Shown one piece after another: positions 35,728 to 50,080 of a stretch of 64,000 bases of DNA. The DNA is from Octopus bimaculoides (taxonomy: Eukaryota): the NCBI RefSeq assembly GCF_001194135.2, contig NC_068985.1:33973429-34037428 (forward strand), given 5' to 3'. A model generated the notes under the pieces. It was not told where the DNA came from. It searched no databases and was given only the letters and a program-made list of their open reading frames with translations. Made by a program: the position numbers and the translations under genes. Positions within the stretch are counted from its first letter, which is position 1; each line of letters starts with the position of its first letter.

Positions 35728-37339
35728 TACTTTATTTGTAAATTTTCTACGCTACCTTAGGTTTCATACTTTGTAATTATCAATGTTCAAATACTCCACT
35801 TAAAAGTACTGGTAGCATCACTTTCATTGGGATTTGAATCTAAAATGGAGATGGTGTTACCAGCATTTTTCTTCTATGTCAAGGCAGTCACTGAAGCTGA
35901 TNNNNNNNNNNNNNNNNNNNNNNNNNNNNNNNNNNNNNNNNNNNNNNNNNNNNNNNNNNNNNNNNNNNNNNNNNNNNNNNNNNNNNNNNNNNNNNNNNNN
36001 NNNNNNNNNNNNNNNNNNNNNNNNNNNNNNNNNNNNNNNNNNNNNNNNNNNNNNNNNNNNNNNNNNNNNNNNNNNNNNNNNNNNNNNNNNNNNNNNNNNN
36101 NNNNNNNNNNNNNNNNNNNNNNNNNNNNNNNNNNNNNNNNNNNNNNNNNNNNNNNNNNNNNNNNNNNNNNNNNNNNNNNNNNNNNNNNNNNNNNNNNNNN
36201 NNNNNNNNNNNNNNNNNNNNNNNNNNNNNNNNNNNNNNNNNNNNNNNNNNNNNNNNNNNNNNNNNNNNNNNNNNNNNNNNNNNNNNNNNNNNNNNNNNNN
36301 NNNNNNNNNNNNNNNNNNNNNNNNNNNNNNNNNNNNNNNNNNNNNNNNNNNNNNNNNNNNNNNNNNNNNNNNNNNNNNNNNNNNNNNNNNNNNNNNNNNN
36401 NNNNNNNNNNNNNNNNNNNNNNNNNNTATATGTATACTTTATTTAAAAGCAGCAGCAATATAACAAAAGGATGTATTTGGGAGGTGAATATATTTTTTCC
36501 ACCTTGTTGCACATTTTATGTGCTTACTCCGGTATATATATATATATATATATAAACTCTCTCTTTTCACTGAGCATCAAGCTAATACATTTCTTGCGCA
36601 CATCCTCTTGTTGTTCACTAATTTTACTCATTTATTTGAATTGATTGTTTATTCAAATGTACCCCAAGGCAATCAATCCACCAACTCCTTAATGACAACA
36701 ACAACAGCAACAATAGTATGAACAAGATAAGCAACCCTCTCTGAAATACAAAAAAAAAGCAATCAAATGAGATTGTATAGTTCTCTAGCATCTAGTGTTG
36801 AGTGAAATGGCTCTGATTTCAGGTCAATGGTTTGAAATTAAACAGCAATAACAACACAATTAACAAGATCACTACAACCACTATCAACACCAATGATACT
36901 CCAACCATTACCATTACAATACCAAAACCAATGAAATATTACTACCAATATTTGAATAGTCAACCAGTTACAAAAATAGTATCAGCATAATAGCAATGCC
37001 TGTAGCTACATATGTTGTATATCAACACAACATTGTGTGTGTATGCATTTTTGTGAGAGAGTTGAGCGTAGAAATTTTATTAATCAAGTCAGNNNNNNNN
37101 NNTGCTCATGAAACTGGTGACCCTTTAACAAACTGTAATCATACAATACTTCCTCCCACGTGATTCTTTCACTTTTTCACTTTCTCATTTCCGTTCTTAC
37201 ACCCAGACAACAGTTTTTGATTTCACAAAACAGTTCTTTGCTGTTGCTACTTTTTTTATACGTATTTGTTGTGGATGATTATTGATTGCTACTACTATAA
37301 TTACATAATATAAATAAATTATAGGATTAATCTATAATT

Positions 37340-39120
37340 CAAGATGCTGGAAAAAGCCACCAAATGGAACTGAAGTAAGTAGTTTGAAAAAGAACCATAA
37401 AAAGATTACACTGTATATCAAACTTGATGTTTTAAAAAGGCTTCATGTGAGAGAAAAAGATGAACTACTTTGCCAAAATATTAAGTCTAGCATTGTCTAC
37501 AATAAGAACAATACATGTCAATAGAGATAAATTAAAGTCAAGTGCTGAAGAAGTTATTTCATTAACTGCTTAGACATTATTTTTTAATTGATCTAATGTG
37601 ATGCTTAATATGGGATGGCTCTTAGGATTATGAATTGAGTATTAAACTCAAAGCATTGTGCTGATGAGCATAATGGTTATTAAAAAAAAAGCCAAAAGTT
37701 TGTACAACAATTTGGCAAAAAAAGAACATGAAACTTCTAATTGAAAACTTTTCCTGGCTGGTAAAGGCTGGTTTGAAAGGCTTAAGAATAGATTGAATGT
37801 GCACAATATAAAAATAATGGGTGAAGCTGCCTGTGCTGATACAAAGATTGCTACTAATTATCTTGAACAACTTAAAAATTTTGCTGGAGGGAGCTACACA
37901 CCTAAGTAAATATACAATACTCATGAAACTCCATTTTTTTAGAACCCATGCCCGCTAGAAATTTTATTTCGTGTGAAGAAAATTCAAAACTGGGATGTAA
38001 AGCTTCAAAACATTCTCTGACACTTCTCGAAGGAAATGATGCTGTTGATATGAAATTAAAACTCTCTAGTTGCATATCACTCTGAAAATCCAAATGCTTT
38101 TGAGGGCTGCACAAAGTTTAATTTGCCTCTGAATCTGAGGTCCAAATAAGAAGGCATGAATGACTTAGAGCTTTTTCTAAGAGTGGTTTACAGATACTTA
38201 TAGTCTGGTTGTAGAACGGTACAGTACCAGACATAATATTTCCAACAAAACATTGATCCTTTTAGACAATGCACCAAACCAGTCACTTAAGTTCATTGAA
38301 CTTTCTGATAATGTAAGAATACAATATATATCCAAGAATACAACTTCTTTGCTTCAGCTAATTGATCTAGAAGTAACAACTAACTTCAGAGTGTATTATC
38401 TGAGAACTTTCAAACAACTTCTAAAAGCAATTGACAAGGATGCAGTAGATAACACAGCTGAATCATGGGATGAAGTATAAACTTCAATTTTGAATGGTCC
38501 TTGGAAAAATTATATCGCCTGGCGATATCCATGATTTTACAAGTTTCCTACAACAGAATGTCTACATCGAATTCAGTAAGATATTGTGACACTTGCAAAT
38601 GATATAGGATTTAAAGAAGTCGTAGAGGATGATGTGATCAAGTTACTAGTGTTCCATAGAAACAGATTATCTAAGGGGTCACTGATGCTGTTAGAGAAAG
38701 ATGAGAATACAGATAAGAATATGGAAATGCCACCAACTCTATTAAACTGCCTGCAAGGAATTTTGCTAAAGGGTCTTATGATGTAGGGTTTAAAGAAGTC
38801 ATAGAGAATCGTGTGGTCAAGTTACTAATGTTCTATGGAAACATATTATCTAAGGAGATACTGATGCTGTTAGAATAAAGAGAAAGATGAGAATACAGAT
38901 GAGAATATATAAATTCCACCAAATCCATTAAATTGACTGCAAGGAATTTTACTAACAGGTTTGCACTTATAGTAGAAGGTCTACAAGTTTTTGCTGATTA
39001 CAATTCTAATCATGAATGTAATATAAAAATTACAAGATGAGTTGACAATGAGTTCAGTTCCTATGCTGGGCTATGCAAAAGGATGATGCTACATAAGTAT
39101 CAGACAATTTTGGATTAACT
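37340..39120 (+). mobile_element. Tigger/pogo transposon, heavily degraded transposase
   Basis: FLAGKGWFERLKNRLNVHNIKIMGEAACAD (CENP-B HTH region), ILLDNAPNQ…NTTSLLQLIDLEVTTNFRVYYLRTF (DDE_1), and LANDIGFKEVVEDDVIKLL (C-terminal). Confidence 0.88.
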
Positions 39121-39538
39121 CTTTGCCCCTCATACAGATGTTGATGAGGAAATATAAGATAGAAGATAGTATCTCTCACCTTTTTAGTAACTCTCATTCC
39201 ATCACTACCATCCATCATACAGAAGTTAACATCTTTTGTGATAAAAATGTACCCTATTATGATATTACAATTTTTATTTATTCCCCAATGTATATATCTT
39301 CAAATGTTTTTTATGTATACATATTGAAATGAATATACTTTAAAATTGTTATTTTCATGCATAAAAGTGGTTGTGTTGTTTGTTTTTCTGTCATTATTTT
39401 TCTTGCAAATATTTGTCAGAATATATTATCACTTTATAACATGAAAATCAAAGGGAAAATTAATTTTACATTATGGGATTTTGTGTTACATCATGTTATT
39501 CAAGAACACATTACACCTGCAGTGCAGAGGATTCCTCT

Positions 39539-39579
<41 letters not shown>

Positions 39580-39594
39580 CACACACACAAGTGC

Positions 39595-39783
39595 TGTTGC
39601 CATGCAAAAGTATCCAACACACACTGTCAAATGGATGGCATTAGGAAGGGTACCCAACCATAGAAATCTTGTTAAAGCTGACAGTGGAGTATGATGCAGT
39701 CCTTGGGTCTATGAGATCCTGTCAAACAAATCAAAATGTGCCAGCATTGAACATGGAAGTCAAATGATGATGATGATGATGAT
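39595..39783 (+). mobile_element. Old RTE 3' tail
   Basis: ggatggcattaggaagggtacccaaccatagaaatc…gccagcatt…ggaagtcaaatgatgatgatg. Confidence 0.65.
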
Positions 39784-40385
39784 ATACATATGTATGTGAG
39801 TATATGTATGTTGTGTGTGTATGTGTTTATGTATGTGTACATATATATTTATATGAATGTGTATACTATGTATGAGTATGCATGTGGTTGCACATGTTTT
39901 GTATGGCTGTTTTTTTGTGTATGTGTATACTTTCTTCTTGCCTTTTATTAAATCTTTATTTATTTTCATATATTTATTTATCTATTCATTTACTGAACTA
40001 CTTAATGGGGAAACTATTTGAGAAAGTTTACAGTCTTCATGTGAACCTCCAATTTTACTTGTTTCTCAAACAATCTAATGATAATTATTATAAGTCAGTC
40101 TACAAAATAACTAACTCTAAGATCTTGAAGCATTTTGATTAGTGCTATGCATGAAATACTTGGTCCTTGAGTCACTTTGTAACTTCTGCCCATTAAATAT
40201 AGGAAAACATATTTATACTCATGTTTTCCATCCTATCACTAGGATGTTGTGTGTGTATGTGTTTATGTATGTGTACATATATATTTATATGAATGTGTAT
40301 ACTATGTATATATACATGGAATGTGTATACTAAACATGTGTGTGNNNNNNNNNNTATGTATATATACATGGAATGTGTATACTAA

Positions 40386-40442
<57 letters not shown>

Positions 40443-41539
40443 CATATATATACTATATAAATGAGAATGTATATGAGTATGTCCTGGAAAGGCTATGAAA
40501 CGATGCATCCTCATGAGAAACAGATTTGATTTTTGAAATCTGCTTCCCAACAAGATTTTTGATTATAATTAATCAAAAAATATAATTTGCTATGAGAAAT
40601 AACTCAACTTTTAGATTGACAAATCTACCACTCTCTATCACTCTCCATCAGGCTCTCTCAAATTTACACCTTCCCTTCTCTCCATATATTTACCACACTC
40701 TCTCTCTGTGTATATGTATATTTCTCATACATGTTGTTCCGGACTATCTCAACATGACATGTAATTGCTTTCATTTTGTGAGAGACTGCTATCACACAGA
40801 AAATGCTAGCTTCCAAATCCTGTTTTCTGATTGGGTGAAAATGATCAAACCTCAAACTTTAAACCTCTTTCTAAAATTTTTCTGAAATAAATGGATCCCA
40901 AAATTGAACTCAGTGTGAGAAGGTAAAACAATATACTGAATTTGAAAATTTTCACTTCATTTTAAAATTTCAAAATCTGTGACAGCAACAGAAAAGATCT
41001 CTCATTTATGCTTTTCTCATTGTAAACCTCCCCTCTCTCTATATATATTTATCACACTCTCTCTCACTCTTCTCTGTATACATATGTCACTCACCCTGAG
41101 TTTGTGTATGTGTGTGTGTGTGAGTATGTGTATGCATGTGTGTAAGGAATTTCATTAGGGCAATAGAGTTGAAAGACCATCACAAAACATCAGCAGTGAG
41201 CTAAGAAAATTTTTTACATCTATGACAGCAAATGGAAAAACAAAAAAAAAAACGTTTATTGATACATTATAAATTGCCCCAAATAATGCAGAAAACTGTC
41301 CTGACGAAGGGGCCTATCCATTGGAGAATGCATTATCTGACATGAAGTTTAAAAAATTGAAATAATGACATACTCTTGAGAAAATTGCCTGGTAACAATG
41401 GGATAATCGGCTAGTATGTATACACACACACACACACATATACATTTATATATATANNNNNNNNNNNNNNNNNNNNNNNNNNNNNNNNNNNNNNNNNNNN
41501 NNNNNNNNNNNNNNNNNNNNNNNNNNNNNNNATATATAT

Positions 41540-41613
41540 ATACTTTATTTAAAAGCAGCAGAAATATAACAAAAGACTGTTACTCTGAGTTTCACATTCC
41601 CATTCATCGGACA

Positions 41614-41615
<2 letters not shown>
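41540..41615 (-). repeat. Short TA-embedded repeat carrying a second hammerhead-like motif
   Basis: Related pieces occur at 36435-36465 (tttatttaaaagcagcag) and ~58885-58925 (ggtaacgtgaaactcagagtaa). Confidence 0.65.
41576..41615 (-). ncRNA. Type I hammerhead-like motif with a C at core position 4
   Basis: actgt-CCGATGA-atg-ggaa-tgt-GAAA-ctc-a-gag-TA-acagt. Stem I is actgt/acagt, stem III is ctc/gag, and the triplet is GUA. Confidence 0.55.
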
Positions 41616-41656
<41 letters not shown>

Positions 41657-41664
41657 CACAAACT

Positions 41665-41757
41665 ATGGAACCTGGTGCGACCCCTGACCTTACCAGTTCC
41701 TGTCAAGCCGTTCAACCCATGACAGCATGAAAAACAGACAATAAATGTTGATGATGG

Positions 41758-41790
<33 letters not shown>
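41665..41790 (+). mobile_element. RTE 3' tail
   Basis: cctgtcaagccgttcaacccatgacagcatgaaaaacagaca…(GAT)n. Confidence 0.65.
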
Positions 41791-42676
41791 CATTTGAACC
41801 TGCAGCTTCTCCACACAAATCTTAAGGGTTAATTTGTAAATGAAATAAAAACCTACTTCACAAGAAACTATTTCTTTCTTGAGTCAATGACCAGATTTTA
41901 TTCTAAAGTAAATAATAAAAACAAGTTCCTGTTTGAGTTTTTGTTATTTTTTGAAATATTTTAGATCTTGTTACATGACATTAAATGCAATTATTGTGTC
42001 TGTTGCAAGTTCATTTTTACCATTTTATAGAATTCTATATACTACCAGATAGCTAGAATTCCCTGGAACTCACTCTCCATCATGAGATAAAAATGTATGC
42101 ATAATGATAAACATGTGCGTGTGTGTGTGTGTGTGTGAATGCATGTGTGTGAATGCATGTGTGTATGCATGTGTACACACGGATGTGTGCATGTGTGTGG
42201 TGAAGGTTTTCTATAATGCAGAAATGATGTAAAAGAAGTAGCTAAGGTTAAGCCTGGAGTATGAAGGAGATTTTCCAAAGATAAGATAATACACAAATTA
42301 GTCATGTTACACAATGATTTACGACAGAATCTTTACATGTCTCCATGAGTCTGTCTTGTTTTGAAAACTGATCTTAAGTTGCCAATGCTTTCTATCCCCC
42401 TTGCAAACCTCTGTGGTCTGTTGAGTTAAAACTTACCTCCATTTTCAGTAGTTTAAGCAGATAGAAAACATATATTTCTCCCTTGAATAGAATCTCAGTT
42501 TCTAGCTGCTCTAGCCTGGAGGATTTTTAACAAACAACCACTGTTAGCCAATTAATCATTTGTCAACTTTACAGTTTAGCCACTGTTTAACATGGTAAAT
42601 TATACCACACTCTAGTACCTACTTATAGGACTGGGCTGTTAGGAATTCAGTCTCTTCATAATTTTCACTGTACTAT

Positions 42677-42726
42677 AATAGGGTACTAGACAACTAATCT
42701 CTGAACTGGTTGTCCAGTACCCTATT
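42677..42726. other. Isolated 19-bp-arm hairpin, pre-miRNA-like geometry
   Basis: AATAGGGTACTAGACAACT-aatctctgaact-GGTTGTCCAGTACCCTATT. Confidence 0.5.
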
Positions 42727-42975
42727 GATATGACCATCCATACCTAATGCTTTAGTGAAAGGCAGTAGCAGCTGCAAATCTCATTTACTCCTCTTCTATG
42801 GTCTCCCATTGATGAATATTCCTCACTACAAAATGATATGAAGAATAAATAAGCATTTTATGTTTTGATTGATGGATAATTATGTGTCATCACTTATATA
42901 ACTAACACAAATGATCAAACAGCTGTAAAAAAAAATGGAATAGACATCTATTTGTTCACCTCATTTATCTGATCA

Positions 42976-43071
<96 letters not shown>

Positions 43072-43271
43072 TCGAAACAGTTTTATTCAAATTTGTTGGT
43101 ACTCCGAGTTTTGAGCATGATGCTAGTTTTCAGCCATTTTGAATTTGAATGAAAGAAGTTGATTGTTATTACCGTAAAGTGGGTTGCAATTGGTCGAGGA
43201 AGGTCACATAGTGTCATGGTTTGATGTTGTTGGCATATCGGTATATTAGCAACAACAGTTAGTTGGAAAAT

Positions 43272-43340
43272 ACTGCATGGTGAACAGGAAATCAACTGCA
43301 TGGTCGACAGGAAATCGACTACATGGCGGACAGGAAATCG
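43272..43340. repeat. Tandem minisatellite, 3 x 23 bp
   Basis: actgcatggtgaacaggaaatca / actgcatggtcgacaggaaatcg / actacatggcggacaggaaatcg. Confidence 0.9.
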
Positions 43341-43678
43341 GTTGGGTTGTTGGAGGGTTAGTAGGAAGGGGCAGTATGTACAAGTATATAGTTGTATATG
43401 TGGGTGTATCGACGCGCTCATATGATTTTGTGTGCAAGTCTGTATTGATGCAAGCATGTGCATCTGTACATGAGCGTGCATGTACCCCCACACACATGAA
43501 CAGACATGCATGCACACACACACATACACACACATAGATACACATGTATACTCACACGTGCATGCATGAGCATACATGCACATATATATATAGTGTACTG
43601 TTCTGTAATGGTAAGATCAATATGTATATATATATATATATATATATACACAGACATACATATATATGTATGTGTGTG

Positions 43679-43747
<69 letters not shown>

Positions 43748-44397
43748 CAATAAGAAAATGGGGGGGGATCAATAGGTGGTATTCATCAACTTTTAGACAT
43801 TATATTATGTCAATTTATTTATTTACTAAAAGGACAATTATAACAATATACATACATGTATAACATATTATGCTTTACATATATAATATATAAAATATAA
43901 AAATATCAGTAATTATTAAAATACATAACATAGAGCAATAGAAATTGGGATAATATCTTACAGCTGTTTCAGCCATGAGGCAATAATACCTCATTCTACT
44001 TTTATCCCTCCAGTGGACTGAAGTAATTAGCAGATGAAATTGAGGTACTTGGGTGTTTCTCTAGGCTTCGTCAGAGATTTTAGAAAGCACATAAGGATAA
44101 GTTATAGATATAAATACACACATATATACATACTTTTACATATACATACTTATACATAAATATACATTAATACATATACCTACACTTAAATGTACATGCA
44201 TATGTGTATGTATATGCATACAAATGAATCAGTTATTATTATTACTATTAGATGCATTATATTATTCATATTAGATAAAATATAAACAGAGGTATGAGAA
44301 AGTTATTATAAGAGAAGTAATATTGAAATTTATGAAATCAATATATCTTAAGATTATTTTAGTTATGTAAGAATGAAACTGTATATACATGAGGAAT

Positions 44398-44487
<90 letters not shown>

Positions 44488-44644
44488 CCATACAAACATA
44501 CTCATAGGTACATACGTATTAGGTGTATTTAGAAGGGAGGATTAATGCAGCAGTTCGTATCATTATAATTATATAATATAATTATAACAATAATACACAA
44601 ACATATACCTATTCATATAAACATGTAATATGTTTATTTCTACG

Positions 44645-44790
44645 GGGGCCAATCAGCGGCCCTGGCAATGATCACGCTTGGATGGTGCTCTTAGCACTCC
44701 ACTAGCACCGATGCCAGTCATGCGGTGCTGTCATCGAATTTGATTTTTGATTTCACTTGCCTCAACAAGTCTTCTCAAGCAGAGTTGTCA
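44645..44790 (-). mobile_element. RTE 3'UTR internal fragment
   Basis: gtcatcgaatttgattttt…cacttgcctcaacaagtcttctcaagcagagtt matches 3115-3185. Confidence 0.6.
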
Positions 44791-45809
44791 TATAACAATT
44801 GGTCCATTAAAACCCAATCATAAAGAATATGTGCAAATAAACAAGCATGACCTAAAATGCTAAAGTTGTGTAATAAACCTCTAGTCTTCAGGATAATCTA
44901 CTTTTACTGAATGTCTACTGAGGAAATACAATATTAATGGCAGAAAATATAAGGATAAAAATCTCTTTGACCATTGACAAAGCAAATCTACAATTATTAA
45001 GTCAAATATTGGTTTCTTTTAACTATGCACAAGGTGAAATAGGTATGATCTGGAGAATTTGTTTCCCAGTATATATACTTACTTATTTTATCAGCCCAAA
45101 GAGATGATAAAAAAGAAACAAAACAAGGGAAAAATTAATACCCTTTGGATTTGAACTTATAAATATAGAACGACATACAAGGAGTTTAGTTTGGTTCTGT
45201 AACCACTGTCCTATCTCCTAACTTGTGTGGAATATTCCTTTCAAAAACTCAAGAATTGACAAGGTTCCTAAATAGAATTAGTCCAGCATTGAAGCTTTAT
45301 ATAAGATATGTACACATGTACATATGTGCAAGGAAACATACATATGAACACAGCTTGAATATCATTTTCACCTTAAATTAATTATATAGTTGTACACAGA
45401 TGTAATTTGATTTACCTGAAATATTTCATTCCTGTGTTCAACAAAAAGTTCTTGTAAATAGAATTGACTGATAATCTAGATACTTGTAGATAAATACCTA
45501 TTATTCATAGCATAAAATATTAACTACTTGGTTGTAGAAGTCAGTTTCCATCAAAACATTCAAGAGTTTATGTATATGTATCAAAAGGAGTGTGGAATAT
45601 GTGCTGATTCTTCTCTCAAATGATTACAACTGCTGAGTACTTGTAATCATTTGTGTAAAACTTAGAAGAGAGATGGAGGGATAGATTTAGGAAGATGAGA
45701 TGTGAAGAATAGTTGATGATGCAAATTAGGTGCAGGGGAAGGATCCAGCATGTAGGATCAAGCATGTACAAGCATAAACATAATGCTTTTAGGACTTGAA
45801 CTTTTGCTA

Positions 45810-46400
45810 TTATGTACAGGTCCTTTTGAGCACAGTGAATCACCAATCAATTTAGCTCCATGTCATCTCTTCCATGAAGCTCAACATCTTGATGTCAGCC
45901 TTCAATATTTTAGCCCATGTCCCTTTTGGTCTCTCACTTCCATGAGTTTCATCAACTTTAAGTGATTGGCACTTCTTTACACAGCTGTCCTCATCCATGA
46001 CCAAACCGTCACATGAACAAAACCAGTGCTGTCTTCTCTCTTGTGCACTACATTGATTCCTCTTAAGCTTAATTTTTCTCACAACACATTTGTACTTTGT
46101 CATACATGTGCACTGACATAACACACCCAATGGAACACACTAGCTTCATTCTTTTTTAGTTTTCATATGTCCTCTGCATTCAGAACCCCTGTCTCAGTAC
46201 CATGTAGCTTTGCTGCTCATACACAAACATCATACTTTTCACTGTGTCTTTAGTATTCATTGCTCCCACACACCTGCTTTTTCTTTTAACCTTCTTGTGA
46301 CTCTACTGTACCTCTTCTGTGTCCATAGCTTGCACTGTATATACTGTGTAGAATTCCTGCCAATATCTTACATACATATTGAGTAAGGCCATTTACCTGA
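45810..46400 (-). mobile_element. RTE LINE ORF C-terminal fragment
   Basis: QERRQHWF…MDEDSCVKKCQSLKVDET…RPKGTWAKILKADIKMLSFMEEMT resembles RTE 'RRLRWYGHV.RMDEDS..KK…GRGRPRKTW..VVK.DL'. Confidence 0.8.
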
Positions 46401-46445
46401 TGGGCAGAAAGCCCTATCTGTTTTCCTGCATAGCAGAACTGTGGT

Positions 46446-46469
<24 letters not shown>

Positions 46470-46478
<9 letters not shown>

Positions 46479-46673
46479 TGTGCACACATGATGGGCTTCT
46501 TTCAATTTACATCTATCAAATCTTCTGACAAAGCTTTTGTTGGCCCTGGGATATAGAAGAAGATGCTGCACAGTGGGACTGAACCACATATTTACAACCA
46601 TCAAGACAAAGATACACACAAACACATTCCCCCACACACACACACACATATATATATATAGGTAGAGAGAGAA

Positions 46674-46712
<39 letters not shown>

Positions 46713-46895
46713 CATACATACACACACACATACACACGCACACATACACACACACACACACACATACACAAGTGTTTAAGTCAGTCAAGGAGTATAGTAG
46801 AAAATACTTGCCCAAGGTGCTATGCAGTGGGACTGAATCTGACATCACACAATGGGAAGCAAACTTCTTAACCTCTCAGCTACCCCTGTGCCTAT
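46470..46895 (-). mobile_element. Two CORE-SINE pieces separated by microsatellites
   Basis: Core/head reverse complements at 46470-46600 and 46780-46895 (cttgcccaaggtgctatgcagtgggactgaa…gcaaacttctta). Confidence 0.7.
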
Positions 46896-48141
46896 TTTTT
46901 TGATACTTAGATTGCAGTTCTAGAAAGTGGCTGCTCTAGTGAGAGCAACACTATCATGGATTCAGATTTAAGACGACCATTTTGTTATGCTCTAGGGTAC
47001 GTCTCACAACTCTACCTATTGCAGTTTGTTAGTTGACAAGTTCCACCTTAAAGTAGTAAGGATACCAAGCTGAAAAAAAGTAATTAATTCAACAAAATGT
47101 TACTGTTCAAATTTACTAAAGGCATTCCACATATGTTAGCATGGAGAAAACGATAAAAGGTAGCAAAAAGAAAATAAAAATTTGTTGTAACATTTATTAG
47201 TCAGCCTTCATCATGTTTCTAACAATTAAACATATAGGCTCACTCCACTTGTCTCATATTGATATATCTGTGACCTCACTAAATATAAATCCTGAACACA
47301 GCCTTGCTTCCAAAATGAATTCTAATGACATAGACTAAGTAAATGTAAGTTTTATTTTTGTTATGCTAATGTAGTGAAGCTATAGTACATGAAATATAGA
47401 AAAAATTATGTAGTGATTAGGTTGTGCGAAGTGAGCTAAAGAAATTAAGATGTTTTGTTAAAGAAATAAAGAACCTTCTGAAATAAGTAACAAAGTTATT
47501 GATATAATTTTAAGCAGAAAGACCTAGGAAATAAATGAACTGTTTTATCGATAAGACTGGCAAACTAGAACTCTTAACACTATAAAAATTCCTAAATTTA
47601 TTTTACTGAAATTTTGCAGTTATATTTCCCACTTTATTTCAGATTTTGTAAAATATTTTTACCCAGAAGTCATAGTTGTATCAAGATTCAATAAAGAGAA
47701 GCAGGGAGAAAAGCTTGATAAAAATCTAAAGTAAAAAAACAATAACAGTAAAAGGAAAATCAAGTAATTTTATTCTTAAAACTATTAATTGGTACAGTTC
47801 TTGGCTTTCCCTAATATTATCTGGATTTGACTCTGCTTAAATAATTAGAAAAAGAAAAATGTTTGAAGAACAGCTGGTTTACTAATAGTAGTAGTAGAAC
47901 AACAATAGTAATCAGTTCTTCCTAAGCAGGAAAAATATGTCTAATTGAAACCTGTTTTTCACTTGTTTCTATTTCTATTGGTGCATAGCAAATTTTTACT
48001 TATCCTTTCTCTCATCTACTTATTAAAAAGAATACCTGTTATCTTGTTTATTACTATAACACTCTTTAAACATGCATATTATGAACCGAGTTGTTGGATT
48101 GTAGAAAGTACATTCCATACTTGTTTTAAGCTGAAGTTTAT

Positions 48142-48233
<92 letters not shown>

Positions 48234-50080
48234 TGATTCAGAAGTTTATCTTATAAACAGTGTTTCAATATCAATTTCTGACAGAAAGAGTTTGAAGTTG
48301 TTTAATAAGAAATTTTAAAAGGCAAGTTAAAGAAGTAAGAAGTATGCATGACAAAAAGCAAGAAAACAGGCATAACAAAATTAATAGTTTAGTGCAAAGG
48401 TAGAACTGAAGCTAATGTATTCATTAAAAGTTTCTCCTTCTACTTCAGTATGATAGGATAACAATCATACCATTTAAAAAAGATTATGGATATTAATATC
48501 TTTCTCTAGATATTTGCTAATTTTCATTTAATATAATAAGATTTTGAATTCATCATCATTATCATCATCATTTGATGTCCATTTTCCATGCTGGCAATTT
48601 ATCTTCACATTTACTTAATCAACATATAATTTGAAGTCTATTACTTATTTTGGTTCAGTAAATTATTTTCATTGTAGACTGGTGTTATATACATTCAGAA
48701 GATAAATTATGTTAACAAAATAAAATAATAAGTCTATTAACCAGAGGTGTTCATAAAGTGATTGTGCTTAGCTCTAGGCTTTGAAGCACAAAGCAGGAGA
48801 AAGACAAGTCTTTTCTATAGTATATCAGTCTACTGCAGGTAACATTTTCTCTAAGATCTTAAGCACATTCCATAAAGTCTGGTAAGCTGAAGTACTGAGG
48901 ATTAAGAATATAAAAACCCAATTGAACACCCATATTAAATGTGAATTTATAACTTTAAGGGGTTTTCTTAATTGAATATCTTATACATTTACTTGTCTTG
49001 CTTCAAAAACTATGTTTATTTTTTTAAGTAGTTTCATAATTTCATTAGGAATAAATTATAGCCATTGAGCTAAATTATAGCTTGTTTGAAATATAAAGCT
49101 ATAATCTAAAGAATTAAATGTTTTGGAGTATTAGCTGAACAAGCAAAAATAATGAAGAAAACTTAGGAGAATGAACAAGGAGTATAGTTTCTGTTCTGTT
49201 GTTTTAGCAAAAATAAATAACAGAGATTTATTTCTTACTACTTTCTAATGTAGGCATTTATTTGATAGCAATAAAAATTAAGACAAAAAAAAATTTTAAT
49301 GTTTATTTGTTAAATGTCATGCTATTTCTTATCAAATTATGTAACAACACAATAGTTCATCACCATCACCGTCGTCATCATCATTATCATCCCCGCTGCC
49401 ACCACCACCACCACCTTATTCCTTCTCCTCCTCTCCCTCCTTCTTGAATGTCTATGAATTATTTAATTTGACGTAAGAATATATTATCCTTGCTATAAAA
49501 TAATTTTGGAATCATAACTCAGAGAGAGAGAGAGAGAGAGAGAGGAGGAGGAGGAGGGAAAGCATTTTGGTCTAACAATGGAAAGATTGCAAGTTTGACT
49601 TATCTGGGTTTCATTTAGTGTCATTATCATCAGAACCAAGTATGCCAAGAATACTTTCTCAGATTCTATATATCTTAGTAAAGTTGGAATCGTTCATTTA
49701 ATGGAGTAGACTAGACAATAAGTGTACAAGAAAAATCACATAACACACTATATAGCAAATTAATTTTATACAACAATTCATTTCTTCTTTTACTGGCTCC
49801 AGACATTTACTACAGCCATAGTGGGACACTACTTTCAAGGCTTTTAGATGATCATATGAACTCTAGTACTTATTTCAGTCTGGTACATATTTTACCAATC
49901 TCAATATATTGAATGGTTAAGTTTTAAAGAGATGCAACTTGATGCACCATTTTACACCATTTTTGCACAAATGCAGGAACAGATGAATTAACATAGGAAC
50001 TTCTAAACACTTAGCTTACTTGACCTGCAAAAATAGCAGCCAAATCAGAAAAGATCACATAAAATAATATTACTGTTCCT

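Noticed and set aside
23911-43340. Short direct-repeat arrays (23911-24030, 43272-43340) as possible CRISPR
   Set aside because: The units are contiguous with no unique spacers, there are no cas genes, and the context is eukaryotic.
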